From the NCBI GenBank assembly GCA_965263085.1, contig OZ253582.1, forward strand, positions 1,682,714 through 1,746,713: a DNA stretch of 64,000 nucleotides. Direction: 5' to 3'. Every line of letters starts with the position of its first letter. Position 1 is the stretch's first letter. This stretch comes from Nitrospinales bacterium (GTDB lineage: Bacteria; Nitrospinota; Nitrospinia; Nitrospinales; VA-1). The notes under the pieces are model-generated. The model did not search any database. It saw only the letters and a list, made by a program, of their open reading frames with translations, and had not been told where the DNA came from. The position numbers and the translations under genes are program-made. Shown here piece after piece: positions 1 to 8,192 of the stretch.

Positions 1-26
1 GCCAGAATAAGCTTGTTCTTGGCCAT
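1..26 (-). CDS. 5' end of a gene running off the window (MAKNKLILA...), possibly Maf-family
   Basis: ATG at 26 on the minus strand; KLILA resembles the Maf N-terminal xLILASxSPRR motif; only 8 full codons visible. Confidence 0.3.
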
Positions 27-280
27 AGACCCGGAAACATACCCGAAACCAATGCCTAGATCAACCCTCTATAACCCCCTTGGGGCATGAAGGTCAATGG
101 GGATATACGAGAGGGACAAGCTACAGTAACTCATTAGGCCGAGATAAACTTTTTATCCTCCCAATATAGCCATTGCTTGCAGCCACCGGAGGCTCGCTGA
201 GGGTGGCAATTGGAGATCAAATCCTATATATTAATCCCCTTTATCCAATACATCACAATCTCCTAAATGAAGGAATTGGC

Positions 281-676
281 ATGGCGGGCGCAACGCATCA
301 AATTCAGATTAGACATATTCTGGTCGAAAAAAAAGAAGTAGCAGACTTACTCATGGAGACGATCGGCAGCATCCCAAAAGAAACGGGGCGGGTACAGATG
401 CTGATGAAGCTGGCTGATAAGTACAGCATTTGTCCTATCTCCAAAAATGATGGCGGAAACTTGGGCTGGCTGGAAGTGGGCTGGAACAAGAGCGACCCCC
501 GGCAACCGCGCGGCGGTTTTAAAAAATTGAGTAATGATGAGTTAAATGATTTTATTGTTGAGGGGATTGAAAAAATGACCCTGAAAAAAGGAATCGTGTT
601 TGGTCCCTTTGAGTCTTATGAAGGATTTCATTTAGGAATCATTTGTCAGGAAGTCAAACTTGATCGGATTCTTTAG
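281..676 (+). CDS. Parvulin/PpiC-type peptidyl-prolyl isomerase-like protein
   Basis: IRHILV, LADKYSICP, GGNLGW, FGPFES-GFHL rotamase motifs; AAGGA upstream of ATG 281 (track start at 173 probably too long). Confidence 0.8.
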   Translation: MAGATHQIQIRHILVEKKEVADLLMETIGSIPKETGRVQMLMKLADKYSICPISKNDGGNLGWLEVGWNKSDPRQPRGGFKKLSNDELNDFIVEGIEKMTLKKGIVFGPFESYEGFHLGIICQEVKLDRIL

Positions 677-1766
677 CTGTCAATACCTCCGCATCTTCTC
701 CGACAAAATTATAAGCAAAGCAACCGCTAGAGCACCGGACCATGTAGTGCGGGCAAGATCGGCAAGGCTCTTTTGCCTCGGTCTTCTCAAACACCGTGTT
801 CAGAAACTTGGCCCCCATCTTAGCCATAGCGATGGAGTTGACCTCTTTAAACTCTGAAACATTACCCAGCTTCAGATTGTGAAAGGGAAAACAGTTGAAG
901 CAGTCGCCCTTAGAGTCAATGTCCATGGGGCTTCCGTCTGCGCATCCGAAATAAAATTCATTATGGTTCCACTCTTCTGTCGGGGGCAACTGTTTGTTGC
1001 CGTGAAAATAAAATCGGTCCGTGAGAGAGAGTTGATCCTCGCTGATATCATCCAGAAAACAGGGCGGCAGAGAGCAGTCGAAGCGAAAACATAGTTGTGG
1101 GAATCGATCCATGACGTGCAGCATTTTCTTGCCGACTTTTGGAAAATCTCGGATGGGCAGATAGGTGTTGGCCTCTCCTCCTATAATAGGGAATGCGGGG
1201 CTGACCCGGATTTTATATTGCTTGTCGTTGGGTAGGCCGGCTTTCTGGTAGATCTGGTCGATTTCCTCGCATTGTCGTTCGAGCTCCTGATACTTGGAGT
1301 ATAGGTTGATGCTGAAGATGACACTGTAACCGTTGACCTTCAACATACGTTCGGCGACTTCCTGACAGCGTGCGTGGTTTTTTTCTGAAATATTTTCCAT
1401 TGTCTGCCAGTTCAGCAGAATGGCAAAGTTGATATTTTTGCTGGTGGCACCGTTTGGGCTGGCAATTTTTAGTAACAGATCCAATACCTTTTCCGGCATC
1501 AAGCCGTTGGTGAATATGCTGAGATGTGAATAGGGGAGAATGTCGTCATAAGTATTTTGAAAAATGTCGATAAACTGGGGATGCAGTGTGGGTTCCCCGC
1601 CCATGAAATTGATAATTGGCGCATTTTTTATCTTAGGCAGGAACTCATTCTGGAAATAATCATATTCCATGGACTTCCCCGGCGTTTTCACGGTTTCTTC
1701 CATATACTCGTCCGCAAAACAGTAATTGCATTTTAGATTACAATAACTGTTTAAAATGATATTCAC
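654..1766 (-). CDS. Radical SAM protein with C-terminal SPASM-like domain
   Basis: CNLKCNYC, GGEPTLHP, FTNG; C-terminal C..GDCFNC..CRSC..CSSGC Cys cluster; AGGAGG before GTG start. Confidence 0.9.
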   Translation of the reverse strand: MNIILNSYCNLKCNYCFADEYMEETVKTPGKSMEYDYFQNEFLPKIKNAPIINFMGGEPTLHPQFIDIFQNTYDDILPYSHLSIFTNGLMPEKVLDLLLKIASPNGATSKNINFAILLNWQTMENISEKNHARCQEVAERMLKVNGYSVIFSINLYSKYQELERQCEEIDQIYQKAGLPNDKQYKIRVSPAFPIIGGEANTYLPIRDFPKVGKKMLHVMDRFPQLCFRFDCSLPPCFLDDISEDQLSLTDRFYFHGNKQLPPTEEWNHNEFYFGCADGSPMDIDSKGDCFNCFPFHNLKLGNVSEFKEVNSIAMAKMGAKFLNTVFEKTEAKEPCRSCPHYMVRCSSGCFAYNFVGEDAEVLTAKESDQV

Positions 1767-1914
1767 TGGTTATCCTCCTTAGAACTCTAAATGGCTCTGT
1801 TATGACCCCTAAGCCCTGAATAATGGGTCTTCTGCCGGGTCAAGTTGAAATTGCTAATATTCCCTGAAAAGGCAACATTATACTATTAAGGGACTGCAAA
1901 AGGCTCTCTAATGC

Positions 1915-2193
1915 CTAAGGGTCGAATTTTTTCTTCCGTCGCAGAATTTGTGAGGTTCCTGCCTGTACTACAAGACCCATCTCGCAGGGATAGGTTCGCA
2001 CCACATTGACAAATGTCTGGATGGCGTTGTCTTTGGCATCGGTTTCATCCTCTGATTCGCAGGTATACTCCCATGCAGAGCTTACAGTAGGGATCTTTTC
2101 CAACCCGTGTTCTTCCAGCCTTTCCGCAATCTCCTTGTGAGCCTCTTCATTCAAACCTTTGAATTCCACCGCAATGAATACTTTGTACTGCAA
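1915..2193 (-). CDS. Small hypothetical protein (~92 aa)
   Basis: AGGAGG RBS precedes TTG at 2193 inside the 1915..2316 ORF; protein-like composition. Confidence 0.6.
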   Translation of the reverse strand: MQYKVFIAVEFKGLNEEAHKEIAERLEEHGLEKIPTVSSAWEYTCESEDETDAKDNAIQTFVNVVRTYPCEMGLVVQAGTSQILRRKKKFDP

Positions 2194-2481
2194 GGGGGCT
2201 CCTCCTTTGTCTGTCAGGGTGATGAAAATTTTAAAGGGACTAGTGTAAGGTGCCTTACTAGACTGCCAGTAGCGGGGGCGGTTGGCAAGAAGTAATATTC
2301 TCATCTTTTTTTGCATTTCCCGTTACTCCTTTATCCCTCCGAGGCATGTGTGGTATTTCTTCATTTACCTTCATGTCCCGAAAGGATAAAAGCTTTGGAA
2401 GTGTATCACATCCACCGGTGATTTCCCGGCCTGCTGGAGGTTCTCGCCTTACCTTCGTTTCAAAAATTTATAGCAAATTGT

Positions 2482-2664
2482 CTAGACGACCATGCTCAGG
2501 GTCAGACTCATGCTCAGCATGATGAGGCTGAGAAAATATGGAATCCAGTTGGGTTGAAACCAGATGGCGGTTTGTGGTTCCCACAAGGCCAGTCCGGCAT
2601 CGGCCAGTACCAAAATGGGGAACAGGTTGGCTAGAGTAATGAAAAATCGTTCTTTTGGATTCAC
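2482..2664 (-). pseudogene. Truncated bile acid:sodium symporter (BASS)-like N-terminal fragment
   Basis: LFPILVL..LALWEP..IPYFLSLIMLSMSLTL resembles BASS TM1-TM2 (LxxIMFxMGLTL); stops at 60 aa versus ~300 expected. Confidence 0.55.
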
Positions 2665-3332
2665 TAAGAGGGAGGTTTCTGTGCGATGATGCTGGAATAG
2701 GCTTCTTTGCCGTTATCATAGTCCTGATAACGGATAACTCTAAGACCCTTGAAGATATCAAGCAGTTCGTTGGTTTCGAGCGCCCATTTGCGATTGAATC
2801 GGGTGTATCCAAGGTGGTCGATATTGTAAGTTTCTACCACGATCATCCCTCCGGGTTTCAGGGCAGACTGGAACTGTTTGAAAAGATCTCGTTGCATATA
2901 ATAAGTACAAAGGATCACGTCATAGCTGTTGGGCTCTAACATAAAACTTTCGAGATCGACTACTTTCGTCTCAATGGTGGTGTGATGTTTTTTCGCTAGT
3001 TTGTGAGCTTTTTCCAAACCTTTTTCGGAAATATCCAGACCGAGAACTTCGAATCCCTGTGCAGCTAGATAAACCCCGTTTCTTCCTTCTCCCATAGCGA
3101 TGTCGAGAACTTTGCCTTTCGGTAGCAGATGAACATTGTTGACCAGAAAAGGAATGGGTTTTTCTCCAAACAGATAGACTTTTGTTTCATATTTACTGTT
3201 CCATCGGTCCTTGTCTTTTGGGTGGGCAGGTGCCACACTCACAGAACATAAAAGGAACAGTATAGTTAAAACTGTAATACGTTTAGGGTCGCGGAAAAAG
3301 TTCATGGGGATCACCTCAAAAGGATTCTTCAA
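2664..3332 (-). CDS. Class I SAM-dependent methyltransferase (TehB-like) with N-terminal signal-like segment
   Basis: VLDIAMGEGRN motif I, YDVI, LKPGG. Confidence 0.85.
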   Translation of the reverse strand: MKNPFEVIPMNFFRDPKRITVLTILFLLCSVSVAPAHPKDKDRWNSKYETKVYLFGEKPIPFLVNNVHLLPKGKVLDIAMGEGRNGVYLAAQGFEVLGLDISEKGLEKAHKLAKKHHTTIETKVVDLESFMLEPNSYDVILCTYYMQRDLFKQFQSALKPGGMIVVETYNIDHLGYTRFNRKWALETNELLDIFKGLRVIRYQDYDNGKEAYSSIIAQKPPS

Positions 3333-3447
3333 ATCAGTTTACTGGAAGTCGAAAACCCGTTCAAGGGGGTTCCCCGTTTACTTGAGTTTGGCGAGCAAGT
3401 AGAATCTATAAATCCTGTAATATGAGTTTTTAAAATGGAGTGGGATT

Positions 3448-3990
3448 ATGTTATCGAGAAATACCATAAGAATGAGACTCGGCATGATATTGTTAATCCT
3501 GTTCTTTTCCACAAGTAGTTGGGCTGAGATCCTGGGAGATAAGAAACCGATTTCTCACTCTGCTGATAAGCGTTTCACCAATTATGCCGACGGCACCATC
3601 CTCGACAAAAAAACCGGTCTGCTCTGGATGACTCAGGACTATTGGCAACGGGAAGCCAAATGGGTCAACTGGTACACGGCGAACGAATACGCCCAGCGTA
3701 TGAACAATAAAAAATTTGCCGGTTATACAGATTGGCGCCTGCCCACTCCCGAAGAAGCCATTGCCTTATATGACCGGAAAAAGCGCAACGTAGACAAAGA
3801 CGGCGATAAAATTTTTATTGACAGTATGTTTCCCAAAGGCGCAGGTTGGAGCACCTGGACCAGCGAGGCAAAACGCAATAAAGCAGTGGTTGTCTCCTTC
3901 AAAGATGAAGGCGGTCAGGCTTATCAGGATAAGATATCCGGCGTGGATGCCTTCCTGCGCCTAGTCCGACTGGTGACTGACAACAAGTAG
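3448..3990 (+). CDS. Secreted DUF1566 (Lcl C-terminal)-like protein
   Basis: Signal peptide; DGTILDKKTGLLW, GYTDWRLPT, WTS motifs. Confidence 0.85.
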   Translation: MLSRNTIRMRLGMILLILFFSTSSWAEILGDKKPISHSADKRFTNYADGTILDKKTGLLWMTQDYWQREAKWVNWYTANEYAQRMNNKKFAGYTDWRLPTPEEAIALYDRKKRNVDKDGDKIFIDSMFPKGAGWSTWTSEAKRNKAVVVSFKDEGGQAYQDKISGVDAFLRLVRLVTDNK

Positions 3991-4213
3991 CCCGCTAGCC
4001 TCGGATAGGCTTGGAAATCTAAATCATCAATTTCTCAACAGTTTCTTTTGACGCAATGCCTATGCAGAAAGAATTGATTGAATCTGAGCCACGGCTCCTG
4101 AATCAGGAATACGAAATTTTACATAAGGCTGGGTAAGTCAAATTTTTATCTCAGATCGTTTGAATTAGAAGTGCGATTTTATAAAAACTTTTACTACCAA
4201 TTAGGAGTTTGAA

Positions 4214-4722
4214 ATGAAACGTACAATTAAATCGATTTTGATGGTGAGTGTCATGAACTTGGTGGGTTTAGGTTTTCTTGCAACCCCGGCATGAGCGCAG
4301 GACCTGCTGAAGGATATGATATCCATGTCCAAGCGCCTCATATGATGGCGGATGGGACTGTTGGTGGTCCATTCCATCACTATTGCAAAGGTATTTCCGA
4401 TGAAATTCTGCAATGCCTGTTGTTTGAAACGACAAGTCCGAAGGCTCCTCTACGAGCGATTGAATATTTTGTAGCTAAAGATCTTACTCGTAAGCTCCCG
4501 CGAATCCAATGGCGTCGGTTTTTCCATGATCACAAAGTTGAAATTGCCACAGGTCGGGTCAAGGTATTGGATGTCCCAGCAGATGAAGCGCAAGCCATTG
4601 CTGAAGCCGCTTCTAAAACAGATGGTGTTATCTATCATCTGTGGCAGAAAGGCCAGGAATTTCCTGATGGCACAGTAACCTTTCCGCAATCGTTGGGACA
4701 TTCTTTTCCACAATCTGAATAA
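4214..4722 (+). pseudogene. DUF1264/OBAP-like secreted protein with a frameshift at the end of the signal peptide
   Basis: AGGAG RBS + ATG 4214 gives signal peptide MKRTIKSIL..LATPA then TGA 4292-4294; mature domain (HHYC, QCLLF, IEYFV, HDHKVEI) continues from 4291 in another frame. Confidence 0.7.
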
Positions 4723-4730
4723 CATAGAGT

Positions 4731-4758
4731 AAGGGGGGCTTTCGAGCCCCCTTTTTTT
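4731..4758 (+). terminator. Rho-independent terminator
   Basis: GGGGGCT-TTCG-AGCCCCC hairpin followed by T7. Confidence 0.8.
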
Positions 4759-4768
4759 CGAGGAGGCA

Positions 4769-5224
4769 ATGCATAGGGCTATTGCAAATAAGATGTTGTG
4801 CATATCACTTGGGAGTTTAGTGATCTGGTTGCTGCTGATAGGGACAAGTTTATCGGCGGATCCGGAGGTGCTGAAACCGCGTGTCCCGGTCAATCAGATT
4901 GAAGAAGCGAGATCGTGGATCAATCCGTTCCCTGCTACCCAGGAAAATATTAAAAAGGGCAATGCAGTATTTCACGGCAAGGGATTTTGTGTCACCTGTC
5001 ATGCAAGGGATGGTAGAGGGTTGCACGATATTCCCGGTCTGGTTGGAAAGCTTCCTCGAAACTTCACAGACAAAAGCTGGCAAGCGGTGCATACTGACGG
5101 GGAGTTATTGTGGATTTTGAAAAATGGCAGCATGGGAACTGCCATGGCCTCATTCATTCCGGGAGTGTTTTCCGAAGAAGAGGCTTGGTATGTGATTTTG
5201 TATGTTCGCTCATTTTGGGAATAA
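4769..5224 (+). CDS. Monoheme c-type cytochrome
   Basis: Signal peptide, CVTCH, PRNFT, DGELLWILKNGS-GTAM. Confidence 0.9.
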   Translation: MHRAIANKMLCISLGSLVIWLLLIGTSLSADPEVLKPRVPVNQIEEARSWINPFPATQENIKKGNAVFHGKGFCVTCHARDGRGLHDIPGLVGKLPRNFTDKSWQAVHTDGELLWILKNGSMGTAMASFIPGVFSEEEAWYVILYVRSFWE

Positions 5225-5287
5225 AAAAACTTCGTCACGGATGAGGGGTATCTCTCTGAGCTTTTTTGATAATAATGAGTTTAAATC

Positions 5288-5710
5288 ATGCGAATGACTC
5301 CTTTAACTTTAATAGCGGTGCTCCTGCTTGCAGGTTTGGCCGAGGCTTTTCACTCGGACAGTTATGAGCCGAGGGTTCCCCCTGAGCTTTTAGAAGAACT
5401 TCAGGATATGGATAACCCGTATCCTCCGGCACCTGAAAGGATAGAAGCTGGACGACAAATATATTTGGGCAAGGGCAAATGTGCTACCTGCCACGATGCC
5501 AATGGAAAAGGGGTGGAACGTCCCGGTCATTCGCCAAGAGATTTCACTGACCCAAAATGGCAGGAGACCCGGACCGATGGCGAGCTCATGTGGGTGTTGA
5601 AGAACGGTAGCCCGGGAACGGAAATGCCGATCAGGGTCGGCAATGTTATCAATGAGGAAGAAGGCTGGAATGTGATTCACTTCATCCGCACGTTTTCTCC
5701 AAGTAACTAA
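5288..5710 (+). CDS. Monoheme c-type cytochrome
   Basis: Signal peptide, CATCH, PRDFT, DGELMWVLKNGSPGTEMP. Confidence 0.9.
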   Translation: MRMTPLTLIAVLLLAGLAEAFHSDSYEPRVPPELLEELQDMDNPYPPAPERIEAGRQIYLGKGKCATCHDANGKGVERPGHSPRDFTDPKWQETRTDGELMWVLKNGSPGTEMPIRVGNVINEEEGWNVIHFIRTFSPSN

Positions 5711-5731
5711 TCGGCATTACAGGTATTCAAT

Positions 5732-6277
5732 ATGACGTGGGGGTTTTACAGGCAAAAAAAAACTATAGTAGGAGTAGCACTGGGAATATTTCTGTTCGGG
5801 ATAGTATCTGATCTTTTGGCAGGACCGCCAATGGGGCATGGACATCGGCATCATTTGCGCCATCATCGTGGACACCATGGGCAGGGTTTTGCGGGGCAGG
5901 GAATTTGCCCGCAGGCTCGGGCTACCGCCAATGCTCCAGACGATGCCCGAAGCCAGTACAATCCTCTGGAACCCAGTCAGGAAGTTATCTATGCCGGTGA
6001 ATCTTTATTTCAGATGGATGTGCAGCCTGTGGCCTGCAAAATCTGCCATGGCGTGAATGGAAATGGATTAGGCATTATGGCACAGGGGCTGAATCCTCCG
6101 CCGAGGAATTTCAATTGCCAGGAAACAATGAAGGAAATTTCCGACGGTCAGTTGTTCTGGGTCATTCGAAATGGTTCTCCGGGAACGGGTATGCCGGCCT
6201 TTAAGGATCTTGATGACCGGGAAATCTGGCAGATTGTTCATTATTTGCGCGAATTCGCTCAACCTCGGAAAAAGTAA
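5732..6277 (+). CDS. Monoheme c-type cytochrome with His-rich N-terminal segment
   Basis: HGHRHHLRHHRGHH, CKICH, PRNFNC, DGQLFWVIRNGSPGTGMP. Confidence 0.9.
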   Translation: MTWGFYRQKKTIVGVALGIFLFGIVSDLLAGPPMGHGHRHHLRHHRGHHGQGFAGQGICPQARATANAPDDARSQYNPLEPSQEVIYAGESLFQMDVQPVACKICHGVNGNGLGIMAQGLNPPPRNFNCQETMKEISDGQLFWVIRNGSPGTGMPAFKDLDDREIWQIVHYLREFAQPRKK

Positions 6278-6473
6278 AACTATGGCCCGGGTTCTGGTGC
6301 TGGCTTTTGCGATATTTTTAGTCAACGAGGCAAAAGAAGTTGTTGCCAAGCCTATAGTGTGCAAGCTCTGCCATGAGGCCAGAGATAATGGTAGAATAAA
6401 TCTGGCAATTAATTTTATTTATAAAACAGTTTTTGGGAGCCTGCAACTTATTAACCGAAACGGGAGAAATATT

Positions 6474-7475
6474 ATGCGGCGATTATTGATTAGAGGACTC
6501 GCGGTTTTACTATTTTTTTTGTTATCAGCGCCTTCAGGGTTATGGGCCGGGGATGACGGGTTCGCCGAAAAAATAATTAACAGTCAGTGCGAAAACTGTC
6601 ATCGGTTTGAAGGTAAGCCTACATCTAGGTTTGAACTGAAAGCGCCCGATTTGATGTGGGGTGGCGTGAAATATCAGCGTCCCTGGTTGATCCGCTGGCT
6701 GATGGGGCAAGAGAGTAATCTTTATCCAAATAGTTATCGCTGGGACAAATCCACTTTTTCCAGAAAGCATATGATTTTGACGCGTGAGGAAGCCACAGTG
6801 ATTGCCGACTATATGGAAAAGAACTACCGTGACCCACGCGTTAAAAAAAGTTTTGTCGATATGTCCACCTTCACCGAAATGGAAGCCAGTTTGGGAGCAG
6901 ATATTTATCGGCAATATTCCTGCCTGGGTTGCCACCAGATCAAAGATGATGAAGGGGGAAAAATAGGAGGTCCAATCAGTGTTGACCTCTTTGACGCGGG
7001 CAACCGCTATACGTTGGACTGGTTGAGCCGGTTCGCGGAAAACCCGCAAGACTTTACCCCGCACAGCGGTGAATATCTGCCCGATATTAGTTCCCGCAAA
7101 GCACGCTATATTATTGGTTATCTCATGACTCTTGGCGTGAAAGACTTTAAGTTTTATGAACCGTGGAATTCAGCGGCTTTTAAAAAAGTCGATGCTAAAC
7201 GCGGAGCCAAAGTTTATAAAGAATATTGTGTGCAGTGTCATGGTCTTAAGGGTAAGGGCGATGGGCCGGGGGCCAGAGGGTTGGACCCGAAACCCGCAGT
7301 GCACGCTGATCTGCCGCTTGCCGATTACCCGGACGATTATTTATATAACCTAGTTTATTATGGTGGAAAGAGTGTAGGTAAATCGCCTAATATGCCGGAC
7401 TGGGGCCTGACTTTGCCTGAACAAAGCCTGGCCGATGTTATAGCTTACATTCGTTCCATCTTCAAAGGTCAATAA
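6474..7475 (+). CDS. Triheme c-type cytochrome
   Basis: GGGAG RBS + ATG 6474, signal peptide, CENCH, CLGCH, CVQCH. Confidence 0.88.
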   Translation: MRRLLIRGLAVLLFFLLSAPSGLWAGDDGFAEKIINSQCENCHRFEGKPTSRFELKAPDLMWGGVKYQRPWLIRWLMGQESNLYPNSYRWDKSTFSRKHMILTREEATVIADYMEKNYRDPRVKKSFVDMSTFTEMEASLGADIYRQYSCLGCHQIKDDEGGKIGGPISVDLFDAGNRYTLDWLSRFAENPQDFTPHSGEYLPDISSRKARYIIGYLMTLGVKDFKFYEPWNSAAFKKVDAKRGAKVYKEYCVQCHGLKGKGDGPGARGLDPKPAVHADLPLADYPDDYLYNLVYYGGKSVGKSPNMPDWGLTLPEQSLADVIAYIRSIFKGQ

Positions 7476-7743
7476 TAGAAATAGGCATTGTGCCCGTGGG
7501 CGTAATGCCTTCTTTCGTAGTCCTTTCTCTTTAAAATATAAAAGCTTAAGGCTGGTTCCTGCCTCGCGTTCTGCGCCTGAGGTTTGTAAATAAAGAAAAA
7601 TTAATTTTTGAAACTATAGCGGGGTCTGTTTCCATGAGTTATACTCCCTAAAATTAGTGGTTGAGTTCAATGTCTGTGAAAAAATAAATTGTGATTTTTC
7701 TCGGGCAGTGAACTTTGTCCCCAAACCTGAGTAGGAGGTCGCC

Positions 7744-8166
7744 GTGTCCTTTATAGAAAAAGCTTCCAGCACCAAAGGTAAGATTCTGATCATCGACGAT
7801 GAAGCAGAAGTGAGAGAAGTGTTAAGGCTTCACCTTGAGTCGGGTAAATATAATGTGATTGAGGCTTCAGATGGAGAAGAAGGCATCACCATGATGAAGT
7901 CGGGTTCCAATCTGTTGCAGGTTGGACTGATCCTTTGCGATATCAGAATGCCAAAGGTCAATGGCATTGAGGCCATCGATTATTTGAAAGAGAATGCGCC
8001 TTCCATTCCTATTATTGTGATTACGGGCTATCCGGACTCGGAGCTGGCAGTTTCGTTGATGAAAAAAGGTGTGAAAGATTATCTGGTCAAGCCTATTGAG
8101 AGAGAAAAACTGCTGGCCAAAGTAGCAGAGGTGCTCTCTTCTCCACAAGGATTTAACTATGCTTGA
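7744..8166 (+). CDS. Single-domain response regulator (receiver)
   Basis: ILIIDDE, DIRMP, ITG, KP; AGGAGG RBS. Confidence 0.92.
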   Translation: MSFIEKASSTKGKILIIDDEAEVREVLRLHLESGKYNVIEASDGEEGITMMKSGSNLLQVGLILCDIRMPKVNGIEAIDYLKENAPSIPIIVITGYPDSELAVSLMKKGVKDYLVKPIEREKLLAKVAEVLSSPQGFNYA

Positions 8167-8192
8167 ATCACGTATCCATAGAGGTTCAATTT

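Noticed and set aside
6282-6376. Sigma54 promoter (TGGC..TTGC) between cytochrome genes
   Set aside because: GG-to-GC spacing is 8 or 11 nt rather than the required 10.
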